A stretch of DNA of 32,000 bases, from positions 24,326-56,325 of the forward strand of contig CALGBY010000062.1 in the NCBI GenBank assembly GCA_937886445.1, given 5' to 3'. Source of the stretch: an uncultured Clostridia bacterium (GTDB lineage Bacteria > Bacillota > Clostridia > Christensenellales > Aristaeellaceae). Position 1 is the stretch's first letter. Each line of letters opens with the position of its first letter. Shown in pieces: positions 1 through 7,495 of the stretch. The notes below the pieces were generated by a model. The model was not told the origin of the DNA and ran no database searches. It saw only the letters and a program-made list of their open reading frames with translations. The position numbers and the translations under genes were made by a program.

Positions 1-518
1 GCATGCGTCAGAGAGTCGGGATCGCGCAGGCGATCTGCTCCTTTCCGGAGATCATCATTCTGGATGAGCCGTCCGTAGGGCTTGACCCGTCTCAGAATGC
101 AGAATTCAGAAAGCTGATCAAAGCGCTGTCATCCCGCTCGGCTATCATTATTTCTTCTCATATTCTCAGCGAGTTGCAGGCAATATGCACAAGATGCCTG
201 ATTCTTCATGCAGGCAGGCTGATCTACGACAGCGATATTCATTCCGAAAACGCTTCTTCCCTGCGTCTTCGGCTTTCCGTCCGGTATGATACCGGTAAGC
301 TGCTTTCGGCGCTTCGCACCCTTCCGTGCATCCTGAAAGCCGTCCGCACAGAAAGCGAAACACCGGGCATCAGCAATGTTGAGGTTTTTTGCCGTCCCGG
401 AGCAGATGCCGAAACAGCGGTTTTTCATCTTCTTTCCGGCATGGACGCGCCGATCCTGCGTATGTATCCCGCCAAAGACAGCCTTGAGGATATCTTTTTG
501 AATATTACCGGAAAATAA
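1..518 (+). CDS. ABC transporter ATP-binding protein, C-terminal part (5' end outside window)
   Basis: Frame is open from the window edge (track ORF 3..518). It shows post-signature RQRVGIAQA, Walker B IIILDEPSVGLD and H-loop SSHIL. TAA stop at 516-518; the permease gene starts 10 nt downstream. Confidence 0.85.
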   Translation, partial: MRQRVGIAQAICSFPEIIILDEPSVGLDPSQNAEFRKLIKALSSRSAIIISSHILSELQAICTRCLILHAGRLIYDSDIHSENASSLRLRLSVRYDTGKLLSALRTLPCILKAVRTESETPGISNVEVFCRPGADAETAVFHLLSGMDAPILRMYPAKDSLEDIFLNITGK

Positions 519-528
519 CGGAGGTACT

Positions 529-1239
529 ATGATCCCGATCCTGAAAAGAGAACTGATGGGATATTTCCTAACAGCCACCGGCTATGTGTTCATCGGCATA
601 TTCATGCTGCTTTCCGGCATCTGCTATGCCATGCTGAATCTCGCGGCACGGTCGGGCAATATGCTGTATACGTTGCAATATATGGGATATATCTGGATGC
701 TGCTGTGCCCGGTCGCAGTTCCGCGCCTGCTGGCCGGAGAATACTCCCGTCACACCGATACACTGCTTTTTTCTTCTCCGTTATCCGTGACCGATATCGT
801 TGCGGGAAAATTTCTGGCGGCAGTCTGTGTAATGCTTACCGCAGTCGTTCTCAGCTTTATCTTCCCGGTATTGACCGCTGTTTACGGCCATCTCTATCTC
901 GGCGAAACAGTTGCAGCTTATCTCGGGTTTATTTTTCAGGGTATCGCTTACATCGCGATGGATCTTTTCGTTTCCTCCTTTGCTGCCAATCAGATCTCCG
1001 CCTCGGCCGCGTGTATCGGTGTCAACCTGTTCCTCTGGCTGGCGGATCTCATCAGTGAAGCGGTTTCTGTGCCCGTTCTGGACAGCGTCTTTTCTTTCAT
1101 CAGCCTCTACAGGCGTTCCGTTCCCTTCAGTGCGGGAAGGATCTCCCTCGGCAGCATCGTTTACTTCATTGCCTTTATATTCATCATGTGCTTCCTCTGT
1201 GTAAGAGTACTGGACGCGCGAAGATGGAGGAACGCATGA
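529..1239 (+). CDS. ABC-2 type (GldF-like) transporter permease
   Basis: 236 aa, very hydrophobic with multiple TM stretches. GGAGG at 520-524 sits 4 nt before ATG 529. The gene lies directly after the ATPase and overlaps the next gene in an ATGA. Confidence 0.7.
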   Translation: MIPILKRELMGYFLTATGYVFIGIFMLLSGICYAMLNLAARSGNMLYTLQYMGYIWMLLCPVAVPRLLAGEYSRHTDTLLFSSPLSVTDIVAGKFLAAVCVMLTAVVLSFIFPVLTAVYGHLYLGETVAAYLGFIFQGIAYIAMDLFVSSFAANQISASAACIGVNLFLWLADLISEAVSVPVLDSVFSFISLYRRSVPFSAGRISLGSIVYFIAFIFIMCFLCVRVLDARRWRNA

Positions 1240-2732
1240 AAAAAATAAGCAGACTTTTCGAAAAAAAAGGGATCCGGTTCCGTTATGGTTCAGGTGCTGT
1301 ACTGCTCTCGCTTCTTGTAGCCTTCGTATGTGTACTGATCGTTCTTCTTGCCGATACCGCTGAAGAAAAATGGGCTCTCACCGCGGACCTTTCATTCAAC
1401 AGTGCCACCGTACAAAGTGAGCAAACCGACCGTATTCTATCTTCGCTTGATAAAAATGTGCATGTGATCCTGGTATCAGACGGCACCTCGGATGCTGATT
1501 CGCTGTATGGCGAAACAGATACGCTGCGAATGCTTCTGAAACGCTTTTCCGCCGGATCAAATCATTTTTCTTATTCAGAGCAGAAGCTTGTCAACAATCC
1601 TTCTCTTGTATCCAGATATCGTGATTCTCTCGGAAAAAGGGAAATATCAGACCATTGTCTGATCATCTGCTGTGAGGAAACAGATCGCGCGCGGATACTT
1701 GACTCGAATGATTTTTATGTTCTTTCATATGACAGCGATTATAATGTTACGGTATCCGGCTTTCAATATGAAAAAGCGATCATGCAGGCAGTATTGTCTG
1801 TTACATCGGATACGCTCCCCTGTGTACAGGTCCTTTGCGGTCACGGCGAGGTTTCGCGTGATCAGCTGGCTGCTTTTGAGCAGAAAATGTACGACGCTGC
1901 GTTTTCTGTCTCCTATATCACGCTTTCTGAGGTGGATGTTCCCGATCCCGGCATGCCGTTGTTCATCTTTTCCCCGAAATATGATCTTTCCTCCTCTGAT
2001 GCCGATAAGCTCATTGCTTTCGCCGACCGGGGCGGGGATCTGTTTGTCACATACGACATTTCCGCCGATCTCTCTTCTCTTCCTGTTTTTGATTCATTGC
2101 TGCTTTCCTGGGGGATCAGCCCGGCCGCCGGAGTTGTGGTCGCCGACGCGGATACCGACGGATACTGGGCGCAAAAAGACACGGATGAGGATCGCCTGTA
2201 TATCCTCCCGGTCCTTGTTCGTTCTGATAATACCTCCGCTCTCCTGAGTGCCGGTGAGGATCGTTACCTGATGATCGGCGCGAGGGCATTCACAGAGAAC
2301 AATACCGATAACAGTAATGTACAGTTGCAGAATATTCTTGTTACTGACAGAGCATGGGTGCGTGATTACTCGGACGAACTGGATACCGTGGAAATGCAGG
2401 CCGGAGACCTGTACGGAAACCTGGCCGTTGCCCTGCTCAGCACAAAGGTGATGCCCTCCGGTGAAAGGAGCGAACTGTTCATATCAGGCAACACGGTCAT
2501 GTTTACCGAGCAATGGATGTATGACAATACCTCCTCCGCCTCTCTGATGCTTTATATCACTCAATCCATGAGCAGCGTCCGTCAGCAGGATCTCAGTATC
2601 ATTCCGCGTTCCGCTGTTCGTGAGGGGCTCAGTTTTTCACAGCTCACACTACCGATGATACTTGTCTTTGCTATTCCGTTTCTCATTCTCATTATTGCTT
2701 TGATCATTCTTATTCCGAGGAAACACAGATAG
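1236..2732 (+). CDS. GldG-like ABC transporter auxiliary protein (ABC-type uncharacterized transport system family)
   Basis: I chose ATG 1236 (MKKISRLFEKKG...) over the track start 1188. GGAGG at 1226-1230 precedes it, and ATG 1236 overlaps the permease stop TGA 1237-1239. The protein has one N-terminal and one C-terminal TM helix around a large soluble domain, as in GldG-type proteins that follow ABC-2 permeases. Confidence 0.6.
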   Translation: MKKISRLFEKKGIRFRYGSGAVLLSLLVAFVCVLIVLLADTAEEKWALTADLSFNSATVQSEQTDRILSSLDKNVHVILVSDGTSDADSLYGETDTLRMLLKRFSAGSNHFSYSEQKLVNNPSLVSRYRDSLGKREISDHCLIICCEETDRARILDSNDFYVLSYDSDYNVTVSGFQYEKAIMQAVLSVTSDTLPCVQVLCGHGEVSRDQLAAFEQKMYDAAFSVSYITLSEVDVPDPGMPLFIFSPKYDLSSSDADKLIAFADRGGDLFVTYDISADLSSLPVFDSLLLSWGISPAAGVVVADADTDGYWAQKDTDEDRLYILPVLVRSDNTSALLSAGEDRYLMIGARAFTENNTDNSNVQLQNILVTDRAWVRDYSDELDTVEMQAGDLYGNLAVALLSTKVMPSGERSELFISGNTVMFTEQWMYDNTSSASLMLYITQSMSSVRQQDLSIIPRSAVREGLSFSQLTLPMILVFAIPFLILIIALIILIPRKHR

Positions 2733-2733
2733 T

Positions 2734-4263
2734 ATGCAGCCGATCAGAAAGAAAAAAAAGCATAGTATGCCCCGGTCGCTTCGCTATATCCTGCCCGCAG
2801 TGCTGGCAGTACTGTGCATCGCGGCGCTGATCCTGCTGAAAGGCAGTACGGACAGAATACCTGATACGGAAACGGGCAAACAAAAAGAAGATATTCCAAA
2901 CCCGGCCGTTGAAAGCAGGGAACAGGAAATACATGCGCTTTCCGCTTACGGCGAAGATATGCTGTTCTCGATATCAGTCCGGCCGGACGAAGGAGAACCC
3001 TATATGCTCTCCTATTCCGGCGGTAATCTTTATCTTGACGGGGATACCGATATGCCTGTCAGAAAAGCGTTTGCCCCGGATATGATCTATTACGCGTCCG
3101 AGCTGCCGGTCATGGAAAATGTGTGTGACCTGTCTTCTCCCGATTCGGCGGGGCTCTCACTTTCTGATTTCGGGCTTGATCCCGCGTGCTGCCGCGTGAC
3201 CGTCACCTGGCAGGACGGCAGCAGCAAAACGGTCGATTTCGGTGATCCTGTCATGCAGGGCAACTTTGTGCGCTACTATATGGCGGAAACCGGTTCGGAT
3301 ACGGTATGGCTGGTATCCTCCGATATGTATGACATGCTCACACTGAAAAAGCATATGCTTCATGAAGTCTCCTTCTCTCTGCCGGATCCTTCACTTATCG
3401 ACAGGGTATCCTTTTATTCCGAAAATGAAGAAGACTGTTATTCGCTTGTTCAGAAGGACAGCCGGTGGTATGTGGAGAGAAACGGACTCTGGCCTGCCGA
3501 TGCTGGAAAAATGCAGCAGTTTCTGAAAAACTTCGCACGCATATCGTTTTCGTCATGGATCGGTGAAGCGGATTCCTGTTCACCCGGTCAGTATGGCTTT
3601 GATACTCCCCGCCTTGAGATAACGATCACTGCCGCTCCCACCCGTATAGACGGCTATGATGAAAACGGACAGTTCATTTCCGCCGTTCAGGAAGGCAAAG
3701 AATATCACCTGACCGTCGGAAACGATTACAGTACCTCCGCGTTTTACTGCATTCTGGACGAAACAGTATATATCGCGACCCGCTTCTCTCTCGGTTTTCT
3801 TATCTCAGAGGAAGCCTCATACTATGAAGCGGCAAACCCGGTCAATATCCCGGCAAACGCGCTTTCTTCCGTAACGGTAAGCTCATCAGGCAATGAAAGC
3901 CACGCCTATTCTCTCTCTTTTGATGAACGCGTTCTCCCGAACGGTCAGTTGGAAACAGACAGTAATACAGGCGAATACATCTATGACATCTCCGTCACAA
4001 AAAACGGCACCGCGATCGACACGATCGGTTTTCTCACCTGGTATTCATCGGTAACAAAGCTTGCCGGAACAGTACAGGCCGGCGGCATATCGATCCCGCC
4101 TGATACCGAGCCTCTTTATACAATAACAGTTCACACGGGAGAAACCGTCAGAACAGTAGAGTTTATCCCGTATGACAGCGTTTTCTGCATTATCAGATCA
4201 GACGGTTGCGTCAGATATCTGATCGAGACGGCACAGCTTACCGTACTGGGTAATTGTCCGTAA
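2734..4263 (+). CDS. DUF4340-like membrane-anchored protein
   Basis: 509 aa with an N-terminal Lys-rich stretch plus a TM anchor (ILPAVLAVLCIAALILL). It starts 1 nt after the GldG-like stop. This position and architecture match the DUF4340 proteins that usually follow GldG-like genes. The family call comes from context and general appearance only. Confidence 0.5.
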   Translation: MQPIRKKKKHSMPRSLRYILPAVLAVLCIAALILLKGSTDRIPDTETGKQKEDIPNPAVESREQEIHALSAYGEDMLFSISVRPDEGEPYMLSYSGGNLYLDGDTDMPVRKAFAPDMIYYASELPVMENVCDLSSPDSAGLSLSDFGLDPACCRVTVTWQDGSSKTVDFGDPVMQGNFVRYYMAETGSDTVWLVSSDMYDMLTLKKHMLHEVSFSLPDPSLIDRVSFYSENEEDCYSLVQKDSRWYVERNGLWPADAGKMQQFLKNFARISFSSWIGEADSCSPGQYGFDTPRLEITITAAPTRIDGYDENGQFISAVQEGKEYHLTVGNDYSTSAFYCILDETVYIATRFSLGFLISEEASYYEAANPVNIPANALSSVTVSSSGNESHAYSLSFDERVLPNGQLETDSNTGEYIYDISVTKNGTAIDTIGFLTWYSSVTKLAGTVQAGGISIPPDTEPLYTITVHTGETVRTVEFIPYDSVFCIIRSDGCVRYLIETAQLTVLGNCP

Positions 4264-4354
4264 ACGTTAAACTGCATTTCATTTCCCGTTTCACATTCTG
4301 TAAACCGGTGTATTTCATCACGGCTTTGTCCGAGCCTTTTGGGCACATTGAAAA

Positions 4355-5224
4355 TCACAGGTCAAACAAACTGAGCTGCCTGCCTTTCTCGGGCATTTTT
4401 CTGATACTGTCCAATATTTCACCGGCTTTATACATTACTCCGTGATCCGCGCATTCTTTTTCAAATATCGTTTTCAGTTTCCGGTCGTTTTCGGAAAGAC
4501 ACTCATAGCTGTTTTGGTATGTCTGCACATAGCGCTGCTTTATCCCGGGAAAGTATTCATCCAGCTTTGCATAAAAGTATTCTCTGTCTCCGGCGCGGAG
4601 GGTCACTCCAAAGCCCATGTTCACGATCCCCTGTACACCGGCATCAAAGCAAAGTTCCAGTATGCTTTTCAGGTTTTCTTCTGTATCGTTGATAAACGGC
4701 AATATCGGAGTCAGCCATACAACAGTCGGGATCTTCCGCTTCTGAAATTCCTTCAGCACCCGGTATCTTTGTTCTGTTGAACAAACATTCGGCTCGATCA
4801 TGCGGCAAAGCTTTTCATCACAGGTCGTTATTGTCACCTGAATGACCGCTTTTGTTTTGCGGTTGATCTGTTCAAGCAGATCGGCGTCTCTCAAAACCAG
4901 ATCGGATTTCGTCTGGACCGCTGCACCGCAGGAATACCTGTCGATTATTTCCAGGCATTTTCTTGTTATGAGCATTCTTTCCTCGCACGGCATATACGGG
5001 TCACACATGGACCCCGTAGAGACCACACACGGCTGCCTTTTTCTTCTCAGTGCTTCCTCCAGCAGCTCGGGAGCGTTTTCCTTTACCTCGATATCCTCAA
5101 ACGGCACCGGAGTATGATAGCATTCAGAACGCCCGTCACAGTAGATACAGCCGTGTGTACATCCCCTGTATACATTGATACCGTTGAGATGAGACAGTAT
5201 CCCCTTTGCCTGAACAAATTTCAT
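4355..5224 (-). CDS. Radical SAM protein (SplB / DNA-photolyase-like COG1533 type)
   Basis: CxxxCxxC cluster motif GCTHGCIYCDGRSECY lies near the N-terminus. I chose start ATG 5224 (MKFVQAKGILSH...) because GGAAGAGGGAAG lies just upstream on the minus strand. The track start 5332 would add 36 aa with no SD. Confidence 0.8.
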   Translation of the reverse strand: MKFVQAKGILSHLNGINVYRGCTHGCIYCDGRSECYHTPVPFEDIEVKENAPELLEEALRRKRQPCVVSTGSMCDPYMPCEERMLITRKCLEIIDRYSCGAAVQTKSDLVLRDADLLEQINRKTKAVIQVTITTCDEKLCRMIEPNVCSTEQRYRVLKEFQKRKIPTVVWLTPILPFINDTEENLKSILELCFDAGVQGIVNMGFGVTLRAGDREYFYAKLDEYFPGIKQRYVQTYQNSYECLSENDRKLKTIFEKECADHGVMYKAGEILDSIRKMPEKGRQLSLFDL

Positions 5225-5636
5225 TTTTCTTCCCTCTTCCCGGCCACAGGCCGCACGGAGTTTCTCACCGGCCTGCTTTTCGGTCACTTCTGTTCCGGAT
5301 AAAGAAATCCTGTGATTAAGTGAACGCATCATACGGTGCGAAATGTATCAACATCATTTCGTCCGCCACGTTTTTTCGGCAATTATGCATGATCATTCGC
5401 GCGACCGGCCATCTGCAGTTGATAATTTTCAATTCCATATGTGAACATCAGTTCCCATATAATATACACCCTGAAAACGCATATGTCAATGCCTGTCTGT
5501 TCAGTAAAGGTCGATCCATATATCTGTTTCACCCGCGTTCATACATCAAAAAAACAGCATATACAGACAACGCGTTATATAATAAATACGGCTCTGCTGT
5601 CATATGCCGCAGGCACGCCGGTTTCTGGAGGAAAAA

Positions 5637-5771
5637 ATGTTCACTGATCAACATCACGATCCGGGTTTTCCTTTTCCCAATGCTGAATATATTTTCGGCA
5701 CGCTCTTAAATTCATATGAAAACGATCCCGAACATATCAAAAATTACCAATCTTTCGGTGTAAACACATGA
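5637..5771 (+). CDS. Candidate 44-aa small ORF (MFTDQHHDPGFPFPNAEYIFGTLLNSYENDPEHIKNYQSFGVNT), translationally coupled to the downstream kinase
   Basis: Perfect GGAGG at 5627-5631, 5 nt before ATG 5637. Stop TGA 5769-5771 overlaps ATG 5768 of the next gene (ATGA), and that gene has no SD of its own. The ORF is below the 60-aa cutoff of the supplied track. I recognise no homolog. Confidence 0.3.
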   Translation: MFTDQHHDPGFPFPNAEYIFGTLLNSYENDPEHIKNYQSFGVNT

Positions 5772-6310
5772 ATATACTTATTTTCGGTGCCCCCGGAAGC
5801 GGTGAAAGCACGCTCGGGCAGGCATTAGCTGAATCAATGGATTATTTCTTTATGGATACGGATGATTACTTCTGGCTGAAAAGTCCAGTACCGTATTCAC
5901 GGAAAAGGGACACCGCGGAAGGTCTATGCCTGATGCGCAGGGATATCGAAACGCACAAAAACTGTGTGATCGCCGGTTCCGTATGCGGCTGGGGCGATGA
6001 ACTGATTCCGTATATTGATCTGTCTGTCTGGCTTCAGACAGATACATCGATCCGTATAGAGCGAATATGTGAGCGTGAGGAACGCCTGTTCGGGTGCCGT
6101 GCAGACCCCGGCGGGGATATGTACCGTCAGTTTACGGCATTTCTGGATTACGCTAAGCAATACGACACAGCGGGCGAAAAAGTGCGCAGCCTTGCTCAGC
6201 ATTCAAAATGGGTAAAGCTGCTGCCGTGCAGCACGCTGCTTCTGGACGGAGCGGCCTCCGTGTCTGAAAACATAGCGCTGATAACGGAACGCATCCGCGA
6301 TTTGACCTGA
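5768..6310 (+). CDS. Small P-loop NTPase / adenylate-kinase-like AAA family ATPase with a non-canonical Walker A (GAPGSGES)
   Basis: The N-terminus MNILIFGAPGSGESTLG is followed by DTDDYFW, a GS.CGWGD block and PGGDMY...F..YA..YDTAG. These are typical of a widespread about 180-aa kinase-like family. Codon 13 is GAA (5804-5806), where AAA/AAG Lys is expected. Confidence 0.7.
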   Translation: MNILIFGAPGSGESTLGQALAESMDYFFMDTDDYFWLKSPVPYSRKRDTAEGLCLMRRDIETHKNCVIAGSVCGWGDELIPYIDLSVWLQTDTSIRIERICEREERLFGCRADPGGDMYRQFTAFLDYAKQYDTAGEKVRSLAQHSKWVKLLPCSTLLLDGAASVSENIALITERIRDLT

Positions 6311-6311
6311 A

Positions 6312-6357
6312 AAAGATCCTCCAGCTGATCAGATCTGCAGCAGACGGAGGATCTTTC
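6312..6357. terminator. Hairpin between convergent genes (possible bidirectional terminator)
   Basis: AAAGATCCTCC (6312-6322) pairs with GGAGGATCTTT (6347-6357), an 11-bp stem. The loop can pair internally (GCTG/CAGC). The flanking U-tract is weak. Confidence 0.45.
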
Positions 6358-6363
6358 TGATAT

Positions 6364-7128
6364 TCAGTATTTCCTGATGTTTTCCATTCCGTTTACTTTC
6401 CAGTCTGTAGAATCGATCCCGTTATAGCATTCCGGAAACAGGCCCGCCATAGACCGGTATTCTCCGTTTTCTTCAAGATGCGTGCAGTCTCCGAGCCTTG
6501 TGATCCTAAAGGCGACCTTCCCCTTTTCTCTTTCCTCTGTTACCAGCTCCGTGAGAGAGGAAGGGAGACAAAGCGTCCTCTGCCACAGCAGCATGGGCGA
6601 AATATCGCAAAGATAGGCCGCGAACGCCATCTGCACTGCAAAATGTGAAAAGACGGCGATCGTTATTGTTGTATTGTTTTCACACTGCCATACAGGTCCG
6701 TTTTTGAAAAAACCGTATCCGGCCATCAGAGCATCAGCACCGTGCTTGGTTTCCTCCCAGATTTCTCTGACATTCCCGCCGTTATATGCCGGAATATCCG
6801 CCCATCCTTCGCTGTCGAGCACACCCGGCTGTCCGGGCCATTGATCCTGAGGCCAGTCCCAGGGAAGCGATGTGCCGCCTGTGATCCCGCTTGCGGGTAT
6901 ACGCGCTCTGAATTCAGGCAGCCACGGAAGACAGACCGCCTTGAGCCCGAGTCTCTTCAGCGTATATTCCGCCGTTTCTCTTGCTCTCCCGAGCGGAGAG
7001 ACATAGACATCCCGTATATCGTATTTTTCCAGCCTCCGGCTGAGCAGTTCGGCCTCATGTTTTCCTTTTTCTGTCAGACTGTCTTTTTCGTAATCCGGTT
7101 CTCCGTGACGAAGCAAAAGAATTCTCAT
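6364..7128 (-). CDS. Histidine phosphatase family protein (phosphoglycerate-mutase-like)
   Basis: The N-terminal MRILLLRHGEPDY carries the RHG catalytic motif, followed by SPLGRARETA. SD GGAAGG lies upstream of ATG 7128. Confidence 0.85.
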   Translation of the reverse strand: MRILLLRHGEPDYEKDSLTEKGKHEAELLSRRLEKYDIRDVYVSPLGRARETAEYTLKRLGLKAVCLPWLPEFRARIPASGITGGTSLPWDWPQDQWPGQPGVLDSEGWADIPAYNGGNVREIWEETKHGADALMAGYGFFKNGPVWQCENNTTITIAVFSHFAVQMAFAAYLCDISPMLLWQRTLCLPSSLTELVTEEREKGKVAFRITRLGDCTHLEENGEYRSMAGLFPECYNGIDSTDWKVNGMENIRKY

Positions 7129-7194
7129 GCCGACCTTCCTTCCAAATCATCTAAAGAAGCGCTGATCAGTTGAAGCAGACTCAGATGCGAGTGA

Positions 7195-7208
7195 ATCTTG
7201 CGCAAGAT
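7195..7208. promoter_or_regulatory. Perfect 14-bp palindrome ATCTTGCGCAAGAT, candidate operator
   Basis: The sequence is its own reverse complement. It lies in the 367-nt divergent spacer, with AGATGCGA direct repeats at 7183-7190 and 7205-7212. Confidence 0.3.
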
Positions 7209-7391
7209 GCGACCGCAAAAATCGAAGGTTTACCGGAGGCAAATCAAGATTTTTAAGGAAAGCAGATTGTACAAAAGGCACCGCAGATGAGCCTGACAAA
7301 TGAATCAGTGTTTCCCCAAAAATCTATTCTATCAGCAAACGCTGAATAATCAATCTTTTGTTTATATTTCCTGAATTATTATCAACAGGCA

Positions 7392-7420
7392 TTGAAACAC
7401 TGCATATGTTATGTTATGAT
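7392..7420 (+). promoter_or_regulatory. Sigma-A type promoter candidate for the PP2C/RsbW-like pair
   Basis: TTGAAA (7392-7397), a 17-nt spacer, then TATGAT (7415-7420), about 75 nt upstream of the TTG start. Confidence 0.45.
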
Positions 7421-7495
7421 TTATCCGAAGAACGGTTTTCGGTTTCATAGGCACCGTTTCGTCCATATTTATTTCAGAAAGAGGGAAATCATTCC

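Noticed and set aside
4264-4354. A possible terminator between the convergent DUF4340-like and radical SAM genes (GGCT...AGCC followed by TTTT at about 4322-4340).
   Set aside because: The stem is only 4 bp, too weak to call.
5320-5709. 129-aa (GTG start) and 68-aa ORFs in the AT-rich spacer between the radical SAM and kinase genes.
   Set aside because: Neither has an SD. Their Cys/Ile/Phe/Tyr/Asn-rich composition is typical of translated AT-rich non-coding DNA. They also overlap the better-supported 44-codon ORF in another frame.
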